From a virus, in the IMG/VR virus record IMGVR_UViG_3300025131_000014, positions 26,317 through 90,316 of that record: a DNA stretch of 64,000 nucleotides. One strand, written 5' to 3'. Of this stretch, positions 17,836-27,000 are shown in pieces. Both the position numbers and the translations under genes were made by a program. The notes under the pieces are model-generated. The model had not been told where the DNA came from, made no database searches, and worked only from the letters and a program-made list of their open reading frames with translations. Numbering within the stretch: position 1 is the stretch's first letter; every line of letters starts with the position of its first letter.

Positions 17836-20160
17836 TTATTGTATTTTTATAAAGCGATCACTAATAGGATCATATCCTGTTCCTGTTTGAGCTGCTCTTT
17901 GCTCTTTCCACATTAACCAAGCTATTTTAGTTAATCCATCTGCATCTAAATCATCTTCTTGGGTTTCATCTGTTATCAGTTGTCCTTCTGGAGTAACTGT
18001 TGTTAGTTTTACAGGTTCCCAGTTACCTGGAGAAGCTTCATGCAATAATGTATAGTGGATCTTTCTGTTAGGTGCTATTGCATGTAGTCTTAATTTTTGT
18101 TCATACCCTGGAACAGTATTTACAATTCCTTCATTTCCTGCACTTTTTATTCTTGCCACTACACTTGGAGTTTGTAGTAGTCCTGTTGCTTCTAAGTTTT
18201 TCTTTATGGGATTAGCAGCAACTCTTTCTCCAAGTCTTATTTGTGATGAATTTTTATTCATTTGTCCAGCAGTTATTACTGATTCTGAAAGTAATCTGGA
18301 TTCTTCATCTGTTTCAGCAAGATATTCAAAAGGTTTGCTTATTACTTCTTTTCCATCTTTATCATAAGCACTTATCCACATTACAGGATTACCATTTGCA
18401 CTTGCTCCATCTGTAAAGTCTACTCTTATCTTACTTCGATCAACCTTAGTACCTCCATCGGTTTTAGCTTCTAAGAAATCTCCTAATGTTTCTCCCCCTT
18501 CCAATGATTTGAATATAGTTGCACTACTTTGTGCATTATCTTGAATCAAGTCTCTCATTCTTCCTAGTTTAGAGGCAGATGAAGGATTTATAATTGTTAC
18601 ATTAGAAGCAAGTCCTTCTTCTTCCATTGCAAAATCTCCAAAGTCTGAAACTACTTCATCATATAGCATTTGCATTTGGAAACGAGCATCTGCGTGTCCA
18701 AATTGTCCTTCTCCTGTGCCTTCTCCAGGATATACTTGTTTTCTTCCCCATGGAGTTGCAATTCCTCCTGTAGGATTTCTAAAGCCTAAAAAGTCAGTAA
18801 CTGTGTCCCATACAGATCCTGCGGCACTTGAAGGATCGATTTTAAATTTATTTTGAACTATTGCCTCTTCTAAATCTCTAGCATTATTGATCTGTATTAC
18901 TTGTTTCTTTCCATTTTCATCTTCAAAAGTCATTTGTCCATCATTTCCTATCCATTTATCAACTTTAAGATCAGCATACTTATCATACCAGTAATCAGGA
19001 TTTTTAGCTCTTTGGGCTTCACTTACTCCCTGTAAAAATTGGTCAGTTTGTTGTAATTGTTGTATTAGTCCTTCATACTCATTATAGAGTTCTCTTGCTC
19101 CTATATTATCTTGATTATCTCTTTTCCATTTTGCGATATCAGCACTCTTATTATCTAAATCAAGTCCCGCTTCTTTTAACTTGTTTTTTGTTTGTCTTAA
19201 TAGAAGGTCATTTGATCTTCTTGTATTAAAAGCTGTTGATACATCTGTTCCTGATATTTTATGTATGGGTGAAGTAGCCATAGTCATCTCACCTGCTCCT
19301 TTTATTCTTTCTGCATAATCTGGATCTGCACCTACATTTCCTATTTCTCTATCATTTCTTGTAAAAGGAGCTGCAATATCCTGAGATCTTCCTACTACAT
19401 ATTCTTCAAATGTGTCAAGACTTTCAGGCATTTCTTTTCCTGCTCGAGCATGTTGATCTTTTGCAACTAAGTACTCATCTTCAAGTGCAGCTCTTGCCAT
19501 TGAAGACATTCCTGAATACATTGCGTCTCTTACTCTTGCAAGACTTGTATCAGTTTTCTTTATAGTATATCTGTATTTACCGTCTTCTTGTATTTCTCCT
19601 GTTCTTATATAAGGTTTTATTTTATCTCCTATATCTCTTAGTTCTTTTTGATAGTCATAATAGCCTGATACTCCTGACCAGGTAGCATCTCTATCATATT
19701 CACCTTTTTTATTATAATCTCTTATACTATGATCGAAGAAATAGCTTTGTTCAGGAGTAATTTTTCCATTCTTTTTCTTCATTTCTTTAAGCTCTTTCAA
19801 TGCTGATTGGTATTGTCCATATCTTTGAGTAATGGCTTGTACGTCTTCGTCTCTTGCAAATCCAGTTATATAATTATTGATATCGTTAATAGCATCTCCT
19901 TTAGTAAGATCTTCTTGGGACATTGTTTGGACAAATTTATTAAATTCTTCCATTTTTTCTGCTCTTAACTTTTCATCTGGTCCAGCTCCAGGAGTAGCTT
20001 GGAACATTTCATCCATTTTTGCTTCAGAATCTCTTAAGGTCTTTATAGATTGTGCTTGTCGTTGCTCTTTCATTTGCATAGCCTGAAAAAGCTCCTGGAA
20101 AGGGAGCTTGTAACTATAGTCAATGATAGGTGCTACTGGATGTCTGTAATATCTTCCCAT
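17836..20160 (-). CDS. Virion cargo/ejection protein (774 aa)
   Basis: Lies immediately upstream of the RNAP gene, as in crAss-like phages. Helical N-terminus (MGRY...LPFQEL). Confidence 0.6.
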   Translation of the reverse strand: MGRYYRHPVAPIIDYSYKLPFQELFQAMQMKEQRQAQSIKTLRDSEAKMDEMFQATPGAGPDEKLRAEKMEEFNKFVQTMSQEDLTKGDAINDINNYITGFARDEDVQAITQRYGQYQSALKELKEMKKKNGKITPEQSYFFDHSIRDYNKKGEYDRDATWSGVSGYYDYQKELRDIGDKIKPYIRTGEIQEDGKYRYTIKKTDTSLARVRDAMYSGMSSMARAALEDEYLVAKDQHARAGKEMPESLDTFEEYVVGRSQDIAAPFTRNDREIGNVGADPDYAERIKGAGEMTMATSPIHKISGTDVSTAFNTRRSNDLLLRQTKNKLKEAGLDLDNKSADIAKWKRDNQDNIGARELYNEYEGLIQQLQQTDQFLQGVSEAQRAKNPDYWYDKYADLKVDKWIGNDGQMTFEDENGKKQVIQINNARDLEEAIVQNKFKIDPSSAAGSVWDTVTDFLGFRNPTGGIATPWGRKQVYPGEGTGEGQFGHADARFQMQMLYDEVVSDFGDFAMEEEGLASNVTIINPSSASKLGRMRDLIQDNAQSSATIFKSLEGGETLGDFLEAKTDGGTKVDRSKIRVDFTDGASANGNPVMWISAYDKDGKEVISKPFEYLAETDEESRLLSESVITAGQMNKNSSQIRLGERVAANPIKKNLEATGLLQTPSVVARIKSAGNEGIVNTVPGYEQKLRLHAIAPNRKIHYTLLHEASPGNWEPVKLTTVTPEGQLITDETQEDDLDADGLTKIAWLMWKEQRAAQTGTGYDPISDRFIKIQ

Positions 20161-22073
20161 TATGGTCCTGTTTTCTTTTTTGCTTCTTTTTCCTTTTTCT
20201 TTTTATAAGCTTCCCATTTACTTTCAAGAAATAGATTCATTGTTCCTTCGTCATTTTCTAGGAACTTAAAGTAAGAACCCATATCTCTAAGAGCAGCTAA
20301 TTGTTGGTCTCTGAATTTTTTCATATTAGCTCCTTGGGAAATACTAGCTCCATAGTTAGTTAAATTTTGACCCTCTTGGGCAAGACCTGTAAGATAAGAA
20401 TCTTTATCTCTTTGATACCAATCTTGAACTTGCATTGCTCCTTGAGCATCTGCCATATCTCCTCTTAAAGCTAATTGAGCTTGTTTTCCTTTTATATCCC
20501 CATAGAGTCTTTCCCACATGTTTCTATTTTTGATTAAGCCCTCATCAGTTAGTCTTTGGGCTCCTAGAGAAGCTGCATATCTTTGTGCCCAAGAGTTTGA
20601 AGTGTCTCTAGCTACTTTTCGTGCTAAGTTCCCTTGTGCTTTAATCTGTGCAGCTGTTTGTTCTATGCCTGATCTAGAAGTTTTTAGTTGCTCTCTTAAG
20701 TGTTCATCTGCTCTGTTTCCTATTCCTGAGAAAGCATTAGTGGCATTTTGTGGTTTATTAGACAGGGCGGCAGCTATTCCGCCAAGTCTACCTGCGGCTC
20801 CTGTCGCCAAACCAATTTTTTCTCCTGAAGTCATTTTTGAGTTTACATCTTGTAAACCTCCAAATATATTTTCATCGTCTTCTGGAATTTCTTCGTCTGT
20901 AATTACTTCTTCTTCTCCTCCTTCATCTATAACTTCTTCAGCAATTTCTTCTTCTCCTTCTTCAGGAAGTGCTATTTCTTCTTCTATAGCTTCTTCTTGG
21001 ATTGCTGGCCAATTATCAGATTGCCCTTGTTCATCCCATAGAGTAAAATTGTCTTTGTCTATGAGTGCTATAGCTTTTTCATGTTGTTTACCATATTTTT
21101 TATCATATCCGCCTCCTGCTTTTATTATCTTATCTAGTTGAGGATGTTGTTTTATATAGTTATAGAGTTCATTCCATTCTATCTTTTTTCCTGCTAGAGC
21201 CATTTCATTATTTGCAGCTTTTAGGTAATTTAATAGAAACTGAGATGCGTCATCACCAGAGTTATTCCATATTTCTTCTGCTTTCCTACCTGAAGCATCA
21301 TTTGTAAACTTTATATCTCCTGATGCTACATCAAATTTTTCTATCCCTTTCATTGTTTTAATAATAGGGTTTCCTCCTTTATCTTTCTCATAAGACAAAA
21401 CAGGTTCTACCCATGTTCCTGTACTTGGAACAATTGTTCCGTCAGGCATTAATCTAAATGAAGTTACATCTTTATTATATCCTGGTTTTTTCTTGCCGCT
21501 CTTCTCTACTATATTTAGTGGAACATTTCTTCGACCTCTTGCTCTTTCAGCATCTGTAAATCCTCTATTATCAATAGGAGCTTCGGTATTAGTCTGATTA
21601 TTACTTCCTGGAAAATTGAGGAGTGGAGACAATAAGATGGGATTTGGATCATAAGTTCCTCCTTGATTAGTCTGCTCTGGATCTGGCTGTCCTGAAAAAT
21701 CTGTATAATTTTGATTTAATACTGGAGGAAGCATATTGTTCTGAAAAGTACTATCTGGATCTCCTACTGGATTAGACTGTTGGTACGTTTTTATTAAACT
21801 TCTAGCAATAGCTCCTTTTCCATAATTCTTTTTGTACATATCCATTTGTCTGGAAGATAGTTTTTTAACCTTTCCTCCCATTCTGTACTCTCCTTTCTTA
21901 TTGATCTTTCGTTTGCTCTTTACAACTTCATGTAATTCAGCAGGTTCTGTAATATCGCGCATAGCATTTCTGGTCTTAATGTTCATTTTAAGAGCTTCTT
22001 TAGCTATCTTGAGTTTTTCAAGATCTCTTATGAGTGTTTGAACCTTTGTTCCCATTCTTGATTTACTATCCAT
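20160..22073 (-). CDS. Virion cargo/ejection protein (637 aa)
   Basis: Synteny, acidic linker, Gly/Ala-rich segment and Gln/Ala coiled-coil C-terminus. TAATG overlaps with both neighbours. Confidence 0.6.
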   Translation of the reverse strand: MDSKSRMGTKVQTLIRDLEKLKIAKEALKMNIKTRNAMRDITEPAELHEVVKSKRKINKKGEYRMGGKVKKLSSRQMDMYKKNYGKGAIARSLIKTYQQSNPVGDPDSTFQNNMLPPVLNQNYTDFSGQPDPEQTNQGGTYDPNPILLSPLLNFPGSNNQTNTEAPIDNRGFTDAERARGRRNVPLNIVEKSGKKKPGYNKDVTSFRLMPDGTIVPSTGTWVEPVLSYEKDKGGNPIIKTMKGIEKFDVASGDIKFTNDASGRKAEEIWNNSGDDASQFLLNYLKAANNEMALAGKKIEWNELYNYIKQHPQLDKIIKAGGGYDKKYGKQHEKAIALIDKDNFTLWDEQGQSDNWPAIQEEAIEEEIALPEEGEEEIAEEVIDEGGEEEVITDEEIPEDDENIFGGLQDVNSKMTSGEKIGLATGAAGRLGGIAAALSNKPQNATNAFSGIGNRADEHLREQLKTSRSGIEQTAAQIKAQGNLARKVARDTSNSWAQRYAASLGAQRLTDEGLIKNRNMWERLYGDIKGKQAQLALRGDMADAQGAMQVQDWYQRDKDSYLTGLAQEGQNLTNYGASISQGANMKKFRDQQLAALRDMGSYFKFLENDEGTMNLFLESKWEAYKKKKEKEAKKKTGP

Positions 22074-23983
22074 TATGTTAAAGCTTTTTTAATTTCTTTT
22101 AAATATTCAGGATTCATTTCTCCTAGTACCTCTAACTCTTTTGCAATTTTATCATATTCTTTCTGTATTCTTGCATAAATGTCGGCATCTTTATCTCCTT
22201 CATGGTTATTGAAGGCGAATGTTTCCATTCCTCCTACTCCTACAGTTGTTTCTAGAAACTCTTTATCATCGAACTCTGCTTTTTCTGGTCCTTTTAAAGT
22301 AGGGACTGTTTCCATAGTACCCCCTTCTTCATGTGTAGGTCCGTTTACTTGATAAACACCAGGTTCTGTTATTTCTCTATTGGGGCCTAGTTGTTGAGCA
22401 AATTGGTTTTCTTTTTGTCTCTTTTTATTAGGAATGTATCCTTGGGATATATTATTTAAAGCATTAGTATATTCATCTTCTATATTACCACCTGCTTCAT
22501 ATCCTTGAGGACATGTCATACATTGACCATCTTCTCCTATTAAATGTCCTCTATGGTGACTTACATTACCTCCTTTATTAAAATTTTCAGGTTGTTCTTG
22601 TATTAAGGAATCGCTTAAAATAGGTTCAGTAGTTGTAATACTATCTTCTTCAAGTACTCTAGAGTTCATATCAATATTAGGAGCTGAAACGAACATGTTA
22701 GAATTTGGTGATTCTCCCATACTTATTTGTCTTAAGTATTCCATCATTTTTGCCTTAGTATCATCTTGAGTCACATTATCGCTGCGCTGATATTGTCCTG
22801 GGGTCCATTTTACTCCAATGCTTGGTCTTACTTGTGGTGTACTTGCTCCTCCTTGGCCTATATATCCTCCTGTCCCTACACCTGCATTTAATTGAAGATT
22901 AGGATTTGGATTATAGGTAGCTTTTGCTCCTCCACCATAATTTACTCCAGATACTCCTTGAGGACCAAAAGAAGGACTTCCTCCTCCTCCTATATTCATT
23001 CCAAATTTACCTGAATTTACACTTGCTCCACCTCCTATATTTGCTCCATAGGGATTTCCCATAGGTGTACGACTTACTTCCATTCCTCCTCCTCCTGAAG
23101 AGGATAGGCTTTGTGAAAAACCTCTTATTTTGCTTCGTAGATCTTGATTTGCTTTTATTATCTCTGACTTGTAGTTAGATAGGGCTAATATTTTTCCACT
23201 GTTTTCATATTTACCTTCTTGGCCCATAAGAGTTGGTGAATCCATACCTGGAAAAGGATTTTCAGCAAAAGCATTGTATGTAAGAACATCGCCTTGATTT
23301 GAATTAGCATCTCTTGTTTGTTGATTCTGTTGTTGTTCTTGTGCAAATTGATTCTCTTGTTGTGCTAGAAAGTTCTGTCCTCCTCCTATATTTGATTGTG
23401 CCCATGCTACATTTCCTTCCTTAGATTCTTTTTTGGCTTTAAAGAAACTGCTTAATCCTCCTACAATTGCTCCTCCAACTGCTCCTATTCCTGCGGCAGG
23501 TACTGAAAAAACTCCTCCTCCTACTACTGCTCCTAAAGCAGCTCCTGTAGCAGCTCCTTTACCCGCTCCAGCTAAAGTTTTACCTCCTACATTTCCTTTA
23601 CTTAATTTTCCTCGTTTTCCTTGTTCTGGTGATACGTTTACAATTCCTTCTCCTACTAGCTCTGCTGCTTTACCTGCTGCAGCATAAGGATTTACTCCTG
23701 TTCCTTCAGCAGCAGCTCCAGCTTCTAAATTTGAAATATTTTGAGCAGTCATTTCTGTATCTACAGCTCCTGCAGCATCATAAGCTATACCAGAAGGTAC
23801 TGAATATCCACCTCCTCCTGATACACTAGTATCTAAAGTTTCAGGTGGTGTTATAGGATTTCCTGTTGTTCCCCACGGATTACCTACATTCTGAGAGTGT
23901 TGATATTTCTTCTTCATCATAGCTCGATAAAGAAGCGATTCATTTAGACCAGTTTTAGTTATTTTTTTCTTCCTTTTTGCCAT
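22073..23983 (-). CDS. Virion cargo/ejection protein, Gly-rich (636 aa)
   Basis: Glycine-zipper hydrophobic segment (GAATGAALGAVVGG...GAIVGGL), GPTHEEGG motif, position right after the tail stabilisation gene. Confidence 0.6.
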   Translation of the reverse strand: MAKRKKKITKTGLNESLLYRAMMKKKYQHSQNVGNPWGTTGNPITPPETLDTSVSGGGGYSVPSGIAYDAAGAVDTEMTAQNISNLEAGAAAEGTGVNPYAAAGKAAELVGEGIVNVSPEQGKRGKLSKGNVGGKTLAGAGKGAATGAALGAVVGGGVFSVPAAGIGAVGGAIVGGLSSFFKAKKESKEGNVAWAQSNIGGGQNFLAQQENQFAQEQQQNQQTRDANSNQGDVLTYNAFAENPFPGMDSPTLMGQEGKYENSGKILALSNYKSEIIKANQDLRSKIRGFSQSLSSSGGGGMEVSRTPMGNPYGANIGGGASVNSGKFGMNIGGGGSPSFGPQGVSGVNYGGGAKATYNPNPNLQLNAGVGTGGYIGQGGASTPQVRPSIGVKWTPGQYQRSDNVTQDDTKAKMMEYLRQISMGESPNSNMFVSAPNIDMNSRVLEEDSITTTEPILSDSLIQEQPENFNKGGNVSHHRGHLIGEDGQCMTCPQGYEAGGNIEDEYTNALNNISQGYIPNKKRQKENQFAQQLGPNREITEPGVYQVNGPTHEEGGTMETVPTLKGPEKAEFDDKEFLETTVGVGGMETFAFNNHEGDKDADIYARIQKEYDKIAKELEVLGEMNPEYLKEIKKALT

Positions 23984-24000
23984 AGCACATATATATAGAC

Positions 24001-27000
24001 TTATCTTGGGCTGATCGTAGTAGTAGGGTATATGTAGTTTGTTACAAGTTTATAATTTTGTAAATCTATACCCTCTTCTCCGAAGTTACCGAAAAAGAGC
24101 CTGATTGTCAAATATTTATCTCTGAATCTCTGTTGTTCAAGTGGTGTTAATAACGGACTTCCTGTTATAGGGTCCACAAAAGCTGGAGGATTTATAACTT
24201 TGTCTATGTATCCTCCTAGTACTGTTCCAAATAATGGATCTAAATTTTTATCTAATTGATTCTTTGAAAAGATTGGAATTGTTCTATTCTGTAAAAGGTC
24301 ACGAAAACCATCAAATGCCCAACTTCTTTCATCTCTTGATAAAGTAATCTCTCCTACTCTATTAATAACAGAGTTTTGTTGCATAGTTATTTGGTCTCTA
24401 TTCTTATTAGTTAGATTAAGCATATTGGTACACTGATGCTCATTATAAAGAAGTGCTTTATTAAATGTTACTTCTCTTAGATCAAAGCTTTGATTTTTTG
24501 TACCGTCATAGTCTGTTGCCTCACTTAAGAAATGATAATTGTCATATACCATTGTTTGTAGAGGATTCTTAACATTAACAAGTTCTATTACATGTGGGAA
24601 TTCATTGCCATAGAAAGTATGATAAGGAGCTTCATTATGTTTATAAATTTTAGTGCTTTCAGCTGTATCATTTTTCCACATTGAGTAGAATTGATTCTTT
24701 CCTATTATATAGATAAGAGGTCTATATGAATGAAATGACACCCATTTGCTATTAAGGCCTGAATAACTTATAGTCCATGACTTATCTTCAAACCATACAG
24801 GATTAAGTTCTGGTAACCCAAGATCTGTTGCTAATCCTGCAGCAGTTACATGTCTCCATCTTAGTGTTGGATAAATGTCTATTAGTTGTATTTGATCTGC
24901 TCCTCCTATACCTTCTATCCAGTTTTTAACTAATATAGCTCCAGCTTCTGTAAAAGTATAATCTCTCTTCGTGAGAATATATCTGGAATGTCTAGTATCA
25001 TAAGCTGCTGTATAACCTATTCCAACATAGCTAGTTGGAGCATCTTCATAAGGGAAATCTCCTTCATAACCTAAAGATTTTAATTGGGCTGAAAGTTCAT
25101 ATCTCATATTATTTTCAAACCAATTCCTCATTCCTATATTATAGATAGGAGTTAAACCTTCAGAACCTAAAAGAAATACTTTTTGGGCCCTTTCGTCTAC
25201 TACAAATACTCCTAATTCAGTTTTTAAACTTGCCCATTGTGATACAGATCCGCCGTATCCAACTTGTGTATTTCCCATTTTTTGAGGAGGAAGACTTAAG
25301 AAATCTCCTGTTCCTACATATAAAATGGTAGTATCAGTTTTAAGAGTTTGTTGAGATGTCTGAAGAATCCAAGAAGCTTCTTCTGTAGTTGTATAAAGTC
25401 TATTTCCTTGAGTAAAGAGTCTTGTTATAGATCCTGATTCCCCAGGAATATCTTTATAATTATTAGCTAAAAAGCTTCTATAATGATCAGCCCTTTCTTC
25501 TTGAAATGATTTTTGTGAATATGCTATTCTAGTACTAAAGTTAAAATAACATGTATTACAATTTGTATATGGGGCTATAAATGTTCCTACATATTTATAT
25601 GCTTGGCTTAAAGGAAAGTATTTTTTTAAAACATTCTGTGCCCCAAAGTCAGGATTATAACTATAGTAGTTAGTACAAAGCGGTAAACATCCAGCTCTAA
25701 ATGGAGTTTTACTTAAAGATCCAGCAAAAGTAAGACCTGTAAAAGGTTCACAACCTAAATAAGCTCCTTGATAGTCTCCTCCTTGAGATCCAAATCCATG
25801 ACCCCTTTCAATTCCATAACTAGTTGGTCCATATGGAGCATATCTTTTATCAGCTGCATCATCTGGAGCATCTCTTAATGTAGGATTATAGTCACATTCT
25901 ACATAATGTTGTATTCCTCTTACACTTTTATATGTGTGAAGCTTATGATTAGCTGTTCCTCCTCCTTCTATTGAACATGCTCCTCCATAAAATGTTTTTC
26001 TAAATACAAATTGATCTACAAATGAATCTCCTCCAAATATTTTTATAGAGTTTTGATTTCCTTCTGTAAAGTTTCCTGTCCATATTTCTGCATCTGTTTC
26101 TACATAAATAATATCATCTATAGGACCATATTGATTTAGGTTAGTTCTTTTCAGTGACACATAATAAGCAGTTGTTGTTCTGTTCTCATTAGCACGATCA
26201 ACGGTATTATGTACAGAAGAATCACAGGGTGTTCTTTTAAAGCCATTTCCTGAAGGATGATCAAGTCCAAACCAATTATTAAATACATAGGGAATTCCAC
26301 ATATATTTTTTTTACTATTAGCTATAGTGTCATCATCTACAAATCTAGTCTTTCCTTGAAATATATATGTTTCTTGTTGTCGTGTATTTCTAAAATCAAA
26401 TTTTCCAAGTCCTTGAGTTACACCAGTATCTGCAGGAACAAATCCTCCACTATCTGATACGGGAAAGTTATAAAAAGGAAAACTTGTAAATCTCCAAAAC
26501 CAGTTTATATCTCCATAAGTATATGGAAGAACTACACTGGGATCAGGGTCCATTGAAACCTGACTTTGATATATTGATTGTTCTATATTAAAAGGAGGGG
26601 TTCCATAATGATTATAACTAGTTCCTGTAGATTCATAAGCTGCATGTCTTTCATCTGGTGGATCATCGCCTTCTTTTACTACTTCAGATGCGGGATATGT
26701 TCCATATAAAGGTTCAGTAGCAAAGATTATCTTTTCTATTTTAATATGATCAAATAATTGATTTTTATCTTTAGCTCCATCTACCTTAGATTTGAAGCCA
26801 TGAAAAGACATGTGTCCAAAATTGTCATAAGGTTCAAAATTTGCCAGAGCAACCCCTAATCCAATTAGGATACTTTGTCTTGTAGCATAAGGACTTCCTG
26901 TTTTTCGGCAACCATAATTTGTATATCCTCCACTTGTAGTTGTACAATCTTGATTACATTGCCAACAGTTATATCCGCCACTCCCTATGGGACCAGAACC

